DNA of 29,395 bases. It comes from a virus (taxonomy: Duplodnaviria; Caudoviricetes). Position 1 is the first letter of the stretch, and each line of letters begins with the position of its first letter. Under the pieces are notes generated by a model. The model worked only from the letters and a program-made list of their open reading frames with translations. It was not told the origin of the DNA and ran no database searches. The position numbers were made by a program, and so were the translations under genes. The stretch is taken from IMG/VR virus record IMGVR_UViG_3300033076_000666, positions 1 to 29,395 of that record, one strand, 5' to 3'. Shown here in pieces: positions 8,707 to 18,027 of this stretch.

Positions 8707-10280
8707 CAAATCACCCCATAACCAGCTTGGAACACATAATCGACCGATTGCCAACGAACATCGGCATTCTTGCTCGCGCCTTTGATGTACAGCGCGCCGG
8801 AGTAGCCGATGGCGCCGACCGTCTGCCAGTCCCGGCGCAGCGTCTGCACGCCGGAGCCGGAGCCGAACCAGAGAGCGGAATCCCACGTCCCGGTATCCCA
8901 TCCCTCGACCGCCACGGCAGAAAACGTCGGTGATCCGGTCGGTTCCGTCAGGTCATAGTCTACGTTCAGGCCAAGTTGCACGCCCAGATTCGGAACTGAT
9001 GACGACAGGATTGGCCGCGCCTCGACATAGTGTTTGAGTGTCGCGCCGCCATGTTGCTGGAACGCCGCCAGGCACTTCCAGTCAATGTTATTGCCGTTGT
9101 CGGCATGGCCGGTCTGCGCCATCCACACCGCGCCGGATGTTCCGAAGAAAAGCGCGTCCCCGGAAAGCTCCCAACATGAGGCCGCCAGTCCGGTGTATTT
9201 GCACCATGCCCCCGTGATGGTGTTCATCACATATTGTTCCTGCGCCGTGCCAGTGACCGGAACGTTGAGCAGCAGCAGGTTATCGACCGGATACACCACG
9301 GCCTCCCAGCCGTAGCTGCTGCCGTAGTTCGTCGTCGCCTCCGACACAGCGGTCTGAATGCGATCAGTCAGAGCGACCCCGGTATTAACGCGGCTTGATA
9401 ACAGCGCCTTGGATAGAGGGACTAGCCCGTCCTTGCAGATCACAAGCAGATCGGAGCCGTACTGCGTCAGGCATCGGCGCGACATTGGACGGCCGACGAA
9501 GTAGACGCCAACCAACGCCCATGATGCCGCGCTGCTCGGGTCGGTGCCCTTGTAGACCGCCACCTCGCCTTCGCTGCTGACAAACACCGCATGGTCATCC
9601 ATGCCGTAGCCGGCATCGATCGTCCATGTGCCCATTGCCATCAGGTATCCGCCCATGCGGAACACGGACGCCAGGTCAAACGCGGTGGCCGCCCCGCCGA
9701 TAGATAGCGTCGGCAGATACCAGACCTTAGTGGTGTCCTTCTCGATGAACCAAAGCCGCGATTTATGCGCGGCAACCCCTATCAGGCCGGTAGTTGTCAC
9801 CCCGGTAATCGCCGGCACGCTGGCGCCGTCTACAGCCACCCATGCCGCGCCATCCCAAAGCCGTGGCTTGTCGGCGCCATTGACCATATACAGATACTTG
9901 CCGCCTGCGGTGCCGAAATTGGTGTGTTGCCAGCGGGCATTCGTTAGGCCGGTCTGCACAGCAGCGCCGACGGCGCCAGATATCGTTACATCGTAGATAT
10001 TCGATCCGGCTGCCGCGAATAGCGACTGCAATCCATTCAGCCGGTTGTAGCTGGCAACCGTTTCCACCGTGCCGGTAATGCCGGTTGCCCACGCGCTGCT
10101 CCCCTTGCGCACCATGCACTCGGTCGTCAGCGGAAACACGTTGTCCATCACTACCGCATCGCCCGGCATCATGTTGGCGATAGCGTCGCGCGCATTCCAG
10201 CCGGCAACGGGAGACGGCGAGGAATACACCTGCGCGATGCGTCCGCGCGGGTTGCTGCCCTGTCGCAGAGCGGTGCGCAT
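8706..10280 (-). CDS. Tail nozzle / packaged-DNA stabilisation protein (P22 gp10-like position)
   Basis: 524-aa beta-rich protein with GWNARD N-terminal motif, directly after the adaptor; TGATG overlap gives start 10280. Confidence 0.82.
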   Translation of the reverse strand: MRTALRQGSNPRGRIAQVYSSPSPVAGWNARDAIANMMPGDAVVMDNVFPLTTECMVRKGSSAWATGITGTVETVASYNRLNGLQSLFAAAGSNIYDVTISGAVGAAVQTGLTNARWQHTNFGTAGGKYLYMVNGADKPRLWDGAAWVAVDGASVPAITGVTTTGLIGVAAHKSRLWFIEKDTTKVWYLPTLSIGGAATAFDLASVFRMGGYLMAMGTWTIDAGYGMDDHAVFVSSEGEVAVYKGTDPSSAASWALVGVYFVGRPMSRRCLTQYGSDLLVICKDGLVPLSKALLSSRVNTGVALTDRIQTAVSEATTNYGSSYGWEAVVYPVDNLLLLNVPVTGTAQEQYVMNTITGAWCKYTGLAASCWELSGDALFFGTSGAVWMAQTGHADNGNNIDWKCLAAFQQHGGATLKHYVEARPILSSSVPNLGVQLGLNVDYDLTEPTGSPTFSAVAVEGWDTGTWDSALWFGSGSGVQTLRRDWQTVGAIGYSGALYIKGASKNADVRWQSVDYVFQAGYGVI

Positions 10281-11008
10281 CACGGAACCGGAGTGATGCC
10301 CGGCGCCTCGGGCACGTACAGCACGCCAGGCCGGTATTCGGGGTCGCCAAGGTTCAGGACCGGCGCCGATTTCTCGCGGCCGATGGCATTGGTTACGCTG
10401 GTCTGGTAGTCGCGGTAGTCCTCGGCGTAGTCGAACCCTTTGGCCTTCTTGAAGCGCCAGACGAGGCCCATCGTCAGCAGTTCCTCGTCCAGCAGCGACA
10501 CGTCGTCATCGGCAGAGAAGCGCGCCTTGAGCGTGCCGCCCGAAGATTCCGCCCAATACCGGGACTGAAACTCGAAGTAGATCGAGTCTCCGGCGTTGGG
10601 GTTCGGCAGCATCCATATTTGGCCCTGCGCAATCCGCCACTGCGGATACGGCCCGACCACGTTCGCGGCTTTCAGTAGCTGCCACGTCGCAGGCGGTAGC
10701 GGTCCAGGCACCGGCCGACGCAATGTCCGGTTGTACATGGAGCCGGGCACGATGAACCTGAAGCCCGGCGCCAGCGTTTCGAGATCGCCCTGCACCTCGG
10801 CGGACACGGCAGAGAAATTCCCTTGCCGTGTCATTGCTGACCAATCGACGGACATGCCGACCGACTCGCCGGTCGAGAGCTTGCGGCCCTCTTCGTTCAG
10901 CAGCGCGTACATCTGCAGCGTCTGCGGATCGGTTGATGTGGCGACAGCGGCCGGCTGCGGCAGGGCCATCCGGCCGCAGGCGTCCTGAACGATGGTCAAG
11001 AGGGACAT
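10280..11008 (-). CDS. Head-tail adaptor / tail tubular protein A-like
   Basis: MSLLTIVQDAC... start and LDEELLTMGLVWRFKKAKGFDYAE C-terminal motif; position before the nozzle. Confidence 0.82.
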   Translation of the reverse strand: MSLLTIVQDACGRMALPQPAAVATSTDPQTLQMYALLNEEGRKLSTGESVGMSVDWSAMTRQGNFSAVSAEVQGDLETLAPGFRFIVPGSMYNRTLRRPVPGPLPPATWQLLKAANVVGPYPQWRIAQGQIWMLPNPNAGDSIYFEFQSRYWAESSGGTLKARFSADDDVSLLDEELLTMGLVWRFKKAKGFDYAEDYRDYQTSVTNAIGREKSAPVLNLGDPEYRPGVLYVPEAPGITPVP

Positions 11009-11635
11009 TTACGCGGCTTCCCTGTCTTCATTGCGCGGACGGCCACGCTTGGGCAATTCGGCCTTCAGCGTCTTGATGGTCTCCAGCGCATCGGCAAGCA
11101 GAGCCTTAGTCTGCTCGTTCTCGGCCCGCAGCGCGGACAACTCCTGCGCGACCTTGCCGATATCGTTGGCACTGGCGAGCCAGTCGAGCGCCTTCTGTTT
11201 GAGGGTGCGTGCGCCCATGCCGATCTGCGTGAGCGTGGCCTCGTTGGCTGCTGCCAGATCCTCGACGGTGCGCACATTGGCCTGCAGGACGGTCGTGCGC
11301 TCGGCAGGCGACAGTACTGGCCATGTCTTGATCGCGGTGCCGTCGGGCGGCAGTTCTTCCTGGTTGTTCCAGGCCGCAAACTGGTTCTTGAAACTCTGAA
11401 TCCAGTCGACCGGGTATGCGTTGTCGACGCGACGGCTGGCCGCGTCCTCGATCTGCGCGAACCACTCGGAGGCGACGCGCGGAATCTGATCCTTGGAACC
11501 GGGCGGGGTGATATAGACCATCGCCACGGGCTTGGTGCAGTACCGACCGTTTTCAATGGACGCGGCCCGGTCTTCCAGATCCTCGTAGCCGAACTGGATA
11601 TAGGGCGGACGTTTTGCAAACTGTTCGATGTTCAA
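11009..11635 (-). CDS. Conserved phage hypothetical protein (208 aa), head-completion region
   Basis: GGAG RBS then TTG at 11635, just after a terminator; NVRTVEDLAA...IGMGA motif, coiled coil, KRGRPR tail; trimmed from ORF 11009..12412. Confidence 0.75.
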   Translation of the reverse strand: MNIEQFAKRPPYIQFGYEDLEDRAASIENGRYCTKPVAMVYITPPGSKDQIPRVASEWFAQIEDAASRRVDNAYPVDWIQSFKNQFAAWNNQEELPPDGTAIKTWPVLSPAERTTVLQANVRTVEDLAAANEATLTQIGMGARTLKQKALDWLASANDIGKVAQELSALRAENEQTKALLADALETIKTLKAELPKRGRPRNEDREAA

Positions 11636-11654
11636 TGGATTTCTCCGGTTGTGG

Positions 11655-11681
11655 AAAAAGAAAAGGGGACCGAAGTCCCCT
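11655..11681 (-). terminator. Intrinsic terminator after the capsid and decoration genes
   Basis: AGGGGAC-TTCG-GTCCCCT (cUUCGg tetraloop) followed by TTTCTTTTT. Confidence 0.88.
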
Positions 11682-11703
11682 CTTGTCCTGCTGCTGCCTG
11701 CGG

Positions 11704-12255
11704 TTAGCCGTTGCCGTTCATCACCGGGTAGGAGAGATGAACCAGAGCGGTGCCCGCCGCCACCGTGTAGGTAGCTTGGGCCTTGGTGCCGGCCTGATTG
11801 ACGACGAAGCCGGCCACGGTCGTGCTGCCCGCGCCGTCCGCCGTCATGGTGATGGCGCCATCCACCTTGTTTGTGGCGGATACCGCATCGTCCATCGTGC
11901 CGGCGGTCGCCGTCGCATAGACCGGCGCATCGGCCGCCACCGTGGCGGTCTTGCCCACGGCCACGCCATAGACCTGATACCAACTCCACTGCGTGGCAGA
12001 GGTGTTGGCGTACAGGGCAATGGCGCAGGGTCCGCGCGTGCCGGTCGTGGCGCGCGTCGTCACGCCGGATTCGTCGAACTTCACGAGTTCGCCGACCGCA
12101 GTGGAAGCCAGCCCCTTGAGGTAAACAAACTCGCCGAAGCCGAGCGCGGCATCGAAGCCGCGCACTTTCGTGCCGGCCGGGAATTTCTGCTCGGTATCGA
12201 CGTCCGTCAGAGCCGGCGCGTAGCCGGCGATTTGATCTACACAGATGTATGCCAT
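11704..12255 (-). CDS. Capsid decoration / cement protein
   Basis: AGGAG RBS; 183-aa Ala/Thr/Gly-rich beta protein directly after the MCP. Confidence 0.75.
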   Translation of the reverse strand: MAYICVDQIAGYAPALTDVDTEQKFPAGTKVRGFDAALGFGEFVYLKGLASTAVGELVKFDESGVTTRATTGTRGPCAIALYANTSATQWSWYQVYGVAVGKTATVAADAPVYATATAGTMDDAVSATNKVDGAITMTADGAGSTTVAGFVVNQAGTKAQATYTVAAGTALVHLSYPVMNGNG

Positions 12256-12270
12256 GTTCGTGTCTCCTGG

Positions 12271-13266
12271 TTAGGCCTTCATCACGCCTTGGTACTTGCG
12301 GGCGCTGCACGTGAGGTTGCCTTGCCAGATAACCGGCATGATGACGGCATCCTGGTTGACCGGGCTGCGTTCCGGTACTTCCTGGAAGTCCGCATCCGGG
12401 TGCACACACCATTCCAGATAGTCGAGATTCAGGAAATAGCCGTGATTGCTCGGCATCGTGCCGCTGCCCTCGAACACCACATCGGCGTTTTTGTACTTGA
12501 GCTTGACGAAGCCGGCGGTCCCGTCGGTGTTGTCATCGGACGGCGCGTAACGCTTGAGCGAAACCTGCGACGCCTCGAACAGGCCGAAGTAGTTCTGATC
12601 GAACACGATCAACTGCGGGTGATCGTTGCCGCGAACCAGCCGGTAATAGAGATACTGCATCAGGCTCTCGATCGTGGTCGCGCTTGGCGTGATCGCGCCG
12701 CCGCCCTGCAACGGTGCGGCAGCCGATTGCACGACGTTCTGCCAGAACGTGAACGTACTGGAGTTGATGCCGCCCACGGTGCCGGTGCCGGCATCGGCGA
12801 CCAGCGCCTGCAAGCCGCCAATCTGGTTGGCCGCCGTGCCGTCCGAATAGATGTCGGATGCCAACTGGTTGGACAGCGAACGCTGCAGGTTCTTCATGCG
12901 CGCTTTCGCCAGGTTGATGAGCTGCGACTTGCCGGAATTGGTGCGCAGTTCCAGACCGCTGGCAACGACGTTGCCGGCCATCTGGCGCCACGGAAATTCC
13001 GCCGCCGAGATCACGTCCGACGCGGCGACAGACAGCGTGTCGTAGCCGCTGTAACGCTGAACGGTCGAGTTCGCCGCGTAATCCAGCGGCGTGACGATCG
13101 ACAGACCGCCATCCACCATGCGCTTGTTGCCGCGCTTGTTCAGGTAGTTCAGCAGAACGTTCGGGTTCTCGATGTTGTTCGCAATCTCTTTCTTGTGATT
13201 GCGGTAGGTGGTCGTCACCAGTTCGGTGAAAGTGGTGAACAGGGTACTTTGTCCAGGAGATGCCAT
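12271..13266 (-). CDS. Major capsid protein
   Basis: GAGG RBS; 331 aa; ELVTTTYRN, YSGYDTL, IYSDGT and WQGNLTCS segments; follows the scaffold gene. Confidence 0.9.
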   Translation of the reverse strand: MASPGQSTLFTTFTELVTTTYRNHKKEIANNIENPNVLLNYLNKRGNKRMVDGGLSIVTPLDYAANSTVQRYSGYDTLSVAASDVISAAEFPWRQMAGNVVASGLELRTNSGKSQLINLAKARMKNLQRSLSNQLASDIYSDGTAANQIGGLQALVADAGTGTVGGINSSTFTFWQNVVQSAAAPLQGGGAITPSATTIESLMQYLYYRLVRGNDHPQLIVFDQNYFGLFEASQVSLKRYAPSDDNTDGTAGFVKLKYKNADVVFEGSGTMPSNHGYFLNLDYLEWCVHPDADFQEVPERSPVNQDAVIMPVIWQGNLTCSARKYQGVMKA

Positions 13267-13277
13267 GGTGTATTACC

Positions 13278-14318
13278 TCATTGGTTTGCGAACAGGCTCG
13301 CGGCCACTTGATCGAGGCCGTCTTGCCAGTTCTTCGGTTTTGATGGAGCAGGGACAGGCGCACCGCGCGTGGTGACGTTGGGCGAAGCCGCCTTCCTCGC
13401 CTCGGCTACGCGCTTTGCCGCATCGGCGGATCGCTGAGAGTCAAAATGACCCTGCAAATCCGCGCGCGCTTGCGCATAGGCGCTGTCGAGAGAGTCGGCA
13501 AGGCCGTTCGATAGTTTGTAGGCGATCAATGGTCGGAGGACTTCAAAGTCCGGTTTATCTGCCTTGAAAGTATCGATAGACGACAACATCGCCTGCGTCT
13601 GGTACTGCTGTTCCTGCAATTGCCGTTGCTCGGCGTGATACTCGAATGCCTGCAACCTGTTGCGCAATTCCATCAATTCCGCGTGCGTGGCCGAATTCGG
13701 GTCGCCTGGTTGGAATTGCTGTTGCGCATCGACCCCGATCTGTACGCCGTACCGCTGGGCAAGCCGGCCAATGGCCTCGGCTCGCTGCGTCGGGTTTCCA
13801 GCATTCAGGGTCGAAACAAACTGAAGCGCCTCGCGTACCGCCGCGACCGGATGGACGCCGGTTTGTTGCAGCACAGGAACGAAAGGCTGAATGGCTTGCT
13901 CAAACTGCTGCACCGCTTGCGCACGCGCGCTGACGGCCTCGAAACCGCGCTGCATCTCGCGTTCGCGCCGCTCGATGGCGGCCCGCGCGGACGGCGGCAC
14001 GGATTCCCATTCCTTGAGTTCTTCCGGCTTCCAGCTTGCCGGCTTCCATGCGGCCTGATTGGCCTGATTGGCCTCGACGGGTTCGGCGGCCGGCGCAACG
14101 GCTAGATCCGTTTCGGCGGCCGGCGCGGCCTCCTGCTTCGGCGCAAATCGCCCGCTGGCATCGCGTGCCGGGCCGGGCCGCGCCCCTGGCTCCGGCGCGT
14201 CCTCTGCGGCCGGCGCGTCATCGATCGGCCTGCCGCCCGTAATTTCTTCAAGGGTGCTGTCGAGTGAATCTTCCCAGGACTGGCCGTTGCCGGTGTCCTG
14301 TTCGAGTTCGTCGCTCAA
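13278..14318 (-). CDS. Scaffolding protein
   Basis: GGAG RBS and TTG start; acidic N-terminus, RDASGRFA motif, PASWK, long helical Q/A-rich body; directly before the MCP. Confidence 0.85.
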   Translation of the reverse strand: MSDELEQDTGNGQSWEDSLDSTLEEITGGRPIDDAPAAEDAPEPGARPGPARDASGRFAPKQEAAPAAETDLAVAPAAEPVEANQANQAAWKPASWKPEELKEWESVPPSARAAIERREREMQRGFEAVSARAQAVQQFEQAIQPFVPVLQQTGVHPVAAVREALQFVSTLNAGNPTQRAEAIGRLAQRYGVQIGVDAQQQFQPGDPNSATHAELMELRNRLQAFEYHAEQRQLQEQQYQTQAMLSSIDTFKADKPDFEVLRPLIAYKLSNGLADSLDSAYAQARADLQGHFDSQRSADAAKRVAEARKAASPNVTTRGAPVPAPSKPKNWQDGLDQVAASLFANQ

Positions 14319-14334
14319 GGGGGTTCTCCAAATG

Positions 14335-14378
14335 AAAAACGCCCCGTAGGGCGTAAAAAAAGCCGCGCTAGGCGGCTT
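14335..14378 (-). terminator. Two back-to-back intrinsic terminator-like hairpins
   Basis: AAGCCGC-CTAGC-GCGGCTT-TTTTT immediately followed by ACGCCC-TACG-GGGCGT-TTTTC. Confidence 0.8.
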
Positions 14379-14397
14379 GGTTGAGGCGTGGGTCCAG

Positions 14398-16035
14398 TTA
14401 CTGGTCAGACCGGATGCAGGTCAGATTGCGGAAGAAGGTATTCGCGCCCGCGTTGGCCTGAATGCCGAAGCTGGTGCCGGTCGCGGACGTGATGCAGACC
14501 TCTTCGTGGATCGGAACGCCGTTCACGTAAATCCGGATCAGCCCGCCGACGCCTTCGGCCGTCAGCACGTCTCCACGTTGAATCGCGCCAATGCTCTTGT
14601 TGATTGTGCCCACGGCACCGCTGACGATGTTTTGCAAGGTCAGCAGCGATGCCCCGGCTGATCGCGGGTTGGTACACCCCACCCGCCAATAGTTGCTGCC
14701 ATCTACTGCCCGGCAGATCAGAAACTGCTGAACCGATCCCGTCATATCGGCGAATGCGACCGAGGCCGCGTGGTTGGCATTGCCGGCGGATGCCAGCAGG
14801 CGTCCCGTAGCGACCGGGTAAAGCCGATTGCTGGAAATGCCCCAGGTCCCGCTGGAGACGGTGTAGGTGCCGCCGCTGTCTGCGGTGCCCGGCGACACTG
14901 CGGAATCGGCGCGTGTGCAGGTATCTGCCCATAACACGCCCTGCTGGAAATTGGTCGGCGCCAACAACGCAGACGAATGACGCGCCAACCCGGAGGCCCG
15001 CAGCGCACGGGCTCCGCTCTTGGCTGCGAAATAGTAAAGCTTGAACGTGCTCAGATCGCCGAAAATGATGTCCAACACCGGGCCGGAGGAATCCATGCGC
15101 ACGGCAAAGGTGCTGCGGTACTTGGACGCGGCGGCTCCGACAGGGCCAACAATGGAATACGTGGCGCCATCGTCGGCGCTTTCGGCCATGTAGAGCGAGC
15201 CGGAGGCGCCTACGCTTTGGGCGTTGTCTTGGAACAACCCGATGACCTGCCCGCTCGGCATGCGCACATGGAAGCTGTGCCACCAGGCTTGCCCGCTGAA
15301 GGCGGCAATCGTCACGGTTGAGGCCGCGCCCCATGCGCCGTAAATGTCCGACGTGCTGGATACGTTGCGGCGCACCGGCCACGGTGTCACAGCGTCAAGC
15401 TGGTGGCTTATCATCGTCCAGCCGGTGCCGTTCCACCAGATACTCGGGGAGGCATAGTCTGTCGTGCCGGTCACGCCGGTAATGATGGCAACGGGCTGCG
15501 ACCAGTTCGCGCCGTCCGTTGTGTGCATGACCTTGACGCTGTTGTTTCCCGCACTGATGCGCTCTCGGAACGCCAGATACATGCGCGAGCCGTCGGGAGA
15601 CATGAACAGGTGCGTGTCGGCGTTGTAGCCGTTTGACGGCTTCTGCACCAGCGGGTTCATTGCCGGCGCCACCCATGTCTGCAGGTCGTTGGAGGCCGCA
15701 ACGCACGGATTTTCGTACTGGCTGTCGCTACCCGGATAGGGGGTGTAGGCCATCCAGTAGCGGTAGCCGTTCCATCCGGCTTTGAAGTACAGCAAGGCCG
15801 GATGTACTGGCGCGTTCGCTTGCGCCGGGTACGGGTTCGGCGGCACTACCTCAAGCAAATTGGAGTTGATCGGCTGCAAGGCATGGTCTGCGGTGCTGAT
15901 GGACTGCACGTCAATCGCGGGCTGCACAGGCAGGAATCCCGCTGTCAGGTTGGCGCCACCGATCAGGTTCCCGCCGACAACGTTTTCGCGGACGCTGCCG
16001 AGCGTTGCCGCCTGAAATTCACCGACTGTAGGCAT
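14398..16035 (-). CDS. 545-aa protein: beta-propeller glycoside-hydrolase-like domain plus C-terminal beta-sandwich (ConA-like) domain
   Basis: HPALLYF..GWNGYRYWMAYTPYP..ENPCVAASNDLQTW and repeated Asp-box-like turns (SNDLQTW, TTDGANW, SADDGATY); C-terminal beta-rich domain ending IRIYVNG...FRNL. Confidence 0.7.
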   Translation of the reverse strand: MPTVGEFQAATLGSVRENVVGGNLIGGANLTAGFLPVQPAIDVQSISTADHALQPINSNLLEVVPPNPYPAQANAPVHPALLYFKAGWNGYRYWMAYTPYPGSDSQYENPCVAASNDLQTWVAPAMNPLVQKPSNGYNADTHLFMSPDGSRMYLAFRERISAGNNSVKVMHTTDGANWSQPVAIITGVTGTTDYASPSIWWNGTGWTMISHQLDAVTPWPVRRNVSSTSDIYGAWGAASTVTIAAFSGQAWWHSFHVRMPSGQVIGLFQDNAQSVGASGSLYMAESADDGATYSIVGPVGAAASKYRSTFAVRMDSSGPVLDIIFGDLSTFKLYYFAAKSGARALRASGLARHSSALLAPTNFQQGVLWADTCTRADSAVSPGTADSGGTYTVSSGTWGISSNRLYPVATGRLLASAGNANHAASVAFADMTGSVQQFLICRAVDGSNYWRVGCTNPRSAGASLLTLQNIVSGAVGTINKSIGAIQRGDVLTAEGVGGLIRIYVNGVPIHEEVCITSATGTSFGIQANAGANTFFRNLTCIRSDQ

Positions 16036-16036
16036 C

Positions 16037-16387
16037 TCAAACCCCTAGTTGTGCCGCCGTCTGCTCGACAGCGCGTTCCATGGTTGCGTCCGCGCGCTTC
16101 CACGCTTCCGCCGTCTGTTTGTCCGCTTCCTTGCGCTCCTGCTCGAACCCTTCCCAAGGCCGGCAGCCGGAGCGCAGCAGATCCTCGCGCCGCGCCGATC
16201 GGCCCTCTATCCACTTGCCCGTCACCGGCGATTCATAGCCCGGAAGATCGGCATGCACGGCCGGCGCGCAGATGACGCGGTGCATGCGCTGTCCGCAGCA
16301 GTCCGGCAGGTCGTCGTAGGTAGCGACGGTGCGAAACACGTCCTGCGACTGCCCGCAGGCGTCGCATTTGATGCGGTAGATCGGCAT
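16037..16387 (-). CDS. FmdB-type zinc-ribbon protein (116 aa)
   Basis: MPIYRIKCDACG...DCCGQRMHRVI signature; YESPVTGKWI motif; start trimmed to 16387. Confidence 0.82.
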   Translation of the reverse strand: MPIYRIKCDACGQSQDVFRTVATYDDLPDCCGQRMHRVICAPAVHADLPGYESPVTGKWIEGRSARREDLLRSGCRPWEGFEQERKEADKQTAEAWKRADATMERAVEQTAAQLGV

Positions 16388-16389
16388 GG

Positions 16390-17139
16390 TCAGGGCGCCA
16401 CGTAATACCCGGCCGTCACGCGCCAGATCACGCTGGTCGTTGCCGGGCAGACAATCGTCGTCGCCGTGTTCTGCGCGCTTGCCACAATCGGATAGGCAAA
16501 GTCCTCGCGCCATCGATCGATGGTGCCGAGCGTCGCGGCATCGGCCGGGAACGAGAAGGCCAGCGTACCGGGCAGATTGGTTGTCGTGACCGTCACTGGC
16601 GTCGCTGCCGCTGTCAGCACGGCCGCAGCGAATCGGTTGATTGACAGATAGGTGATGTAGTGCCGCAGTCCGGCCCCCGGCGCACCAAGCGTTAGCGTCA
16701 CAGCCGCCCCGGACGCGCCGACCGCAGTGCCAAGGGTTGGCGTCACGCCGCCGTTTTTGGCGAAATCGTCAAATAGCGCGTTGCTGGCGACAAGCGTCGC
16801 CGTCGAGCCGCCAGACGTATAAGCCGTGACACGCGCCCGCACGCGCTCGAATCCGGCGCACGACGCCATCCAGACGCCGGCCGCCGTGCCCACAACCGAT
16901 GCCACGTAGATGCCGCCCGTCTGCGGACGAACCGGGATGACAATCCAGTTCGCGCCGTCCACGGTGCCCGCAACCTCCACGGTATGGCTGAACGTGCCGC
17001 GCAGATCGAGCGCAACGGTAGAGCAGCCGTCGCTGTCGGCGAAGATTTCCGCGTTCAGAGCGCCGAGCGTGCCGCTTCCTCGCTGGTTCTCGCGGGGATG
17101 CAGCGTGCCCGCTTCGAAGTCTTTGGATAGTTTCGCCAT
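16390..17139 (-). CDS. 249-aa beta-rich virion-associated protein (two beta-sandwich-like halves), possible head decoration or fibre component
   Basis: TAATG coupling; GTVDGANW and FERVRARVTAYTSG jelly-roll-like motifs; T/A/V-rich C-terminal half. Confidence 0.6.
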   Translation of the reverse strand: MAKLSKDFEAGTLHPRENQRGSGTLGALNAEIFADSDGCSTVALDLRGTFSHTVEVAGTVDGANWIVIPVRPQTGGIYVASVVGTAAGVWMASCAGFERVRARVTAYTSGGSTATLVASNALFDDFAKNGGVTPTLGTAVGASGAAVTLTLGAPGAGLRHYITYLSINRFAAAVLTAAATPVTVTTTNLPGTLAFSFPADAATLGTIDRWREDFAYPIVASAQNTATTIVCPATTSVIWRVTAGYYVAP

Positions 17140-17825
17140 TACGCTGTCGCCAGGTAGTTGAGCCGGATCAGCCCCGCCGTCACCTCTGCGAACGACAGCA
17201 GTACCGTAATTTGATTGGTGCCGGACGCTGCCTCCATGGCCGTTACGTCCAGCATTTCAGCCGTGTTCTCGTCAGAGTCGGCGTGCGCACCGAGCGACAG
17301 CATGACGCGATGTGCGCCGGTCACGCCGGTTGCTGTCACGGTTTCCTGCCACTCCATGCGGCCGGCTGCGGGCACTGTGACCGCGACCGCCCCGGACAGC
17401 AGCGCCGATTCCAGCGCGTACTGCGGATGTGGGTCTGCTTCGGCCTCGTGCGATGCTACGGCAGACGATGCCGCGCCGGATGCGTCGAAATCGCCTGTGT
17501 TCGCGGTGGCCGCCGTGCCGAGTCCAAGCGTGGTGCGCTGTGCCGCCGCGTTGGCGTCGTCGATCAGAGCGCGGCCGGCTGCCGTCACGACCGACGAGTC
17601 GAGCGACCAGACGGTGCCGCTGCCAGAAACAACGATGTCGCCCTTATCGCCATCGGACACGCCGCCGCCTCCACCGCCCGCGCCGATTGCCGCAACGGCG
17701 CCCGCGCTGGTCAGCGTGTAGCCCAGCCCGGTCGATGTGTCGATGACGATGGGCGTCCCGTCGGCGCTGCTGAAGTCAGCGGCAACGGGCACGCCGGACT
17801 TGCGGCGAACGTCGTTATTCAGCAT
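17139..17825 (-). CDS. Fibre-like protein (228 aa), probable head fibre
   Basis: GAGGTGG RBS, ATG 17825; poly-Gly hinge, DGDKGDIVVS, QRTTLGLGTAAT and HEAEADPHPQY motifs typical of phage fibre shafts. Confidence 0.7.
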   Translation of the reverse strand: MLNNDVRRKSGVPVAADFSSADGTPIVIDTSTGLGYTLTSAGAVAAIGAGGGGGGVSDGDKGDIVVSGSGTVWSLDSSVVTAAGRALIDDANAAAQRTTLGLGTAATANTGDFDASGAASSAVASHEAEADPHPQYALESALLSGAVAVTVPAAGRMEWQETVTATGVTGAHRVMLSLGAHADSDENTAEMLDVTAMEAASGTNQITVLLSFAEVTAGLIRLNYLATA

Positions 17826-18027
17826 TTCCCCACCTCGCCGGCATCCCAACAGGATGCTGGAAACCGCTCGCCACACGGTCTGCGTAGCAACATATCCATC
17901 CCGATTCTTTCAATGCTTCAGCATATTCATCAAGGATTGCGCTGGGCACTATCAACTGACTCCCTTCGGCGGACGGATGCTTGATTGCCTCGATAATGCT
18001 GGCGTGCCCCATCAAGACTTCACTCAT
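17815..18027 (-). CDS. 70-aa hypothetical protein
   Basis: GAGGG RBS; fills the gap between the portal and fibre genes, overlapping both. Confidence 0.55.
   Translation of the reverse strand: MSEVLMGHASIIEAIKHPSAEGSQLIVPSAILDEYAEALKESGWICCYADRVASGFQHPVGMPARWGNAE

Noticed and set aside
11636-12412. Open frame overlapping the MCP end and decoration gene and continuing into the next gene, suggesting a T7 10B-like frameshift extension
   Set aside because: The translation is Arg-rich off-frame sequence that runs through a strong terminator; the downstream gene has its own RBS and TTG start; no slippery site noticed
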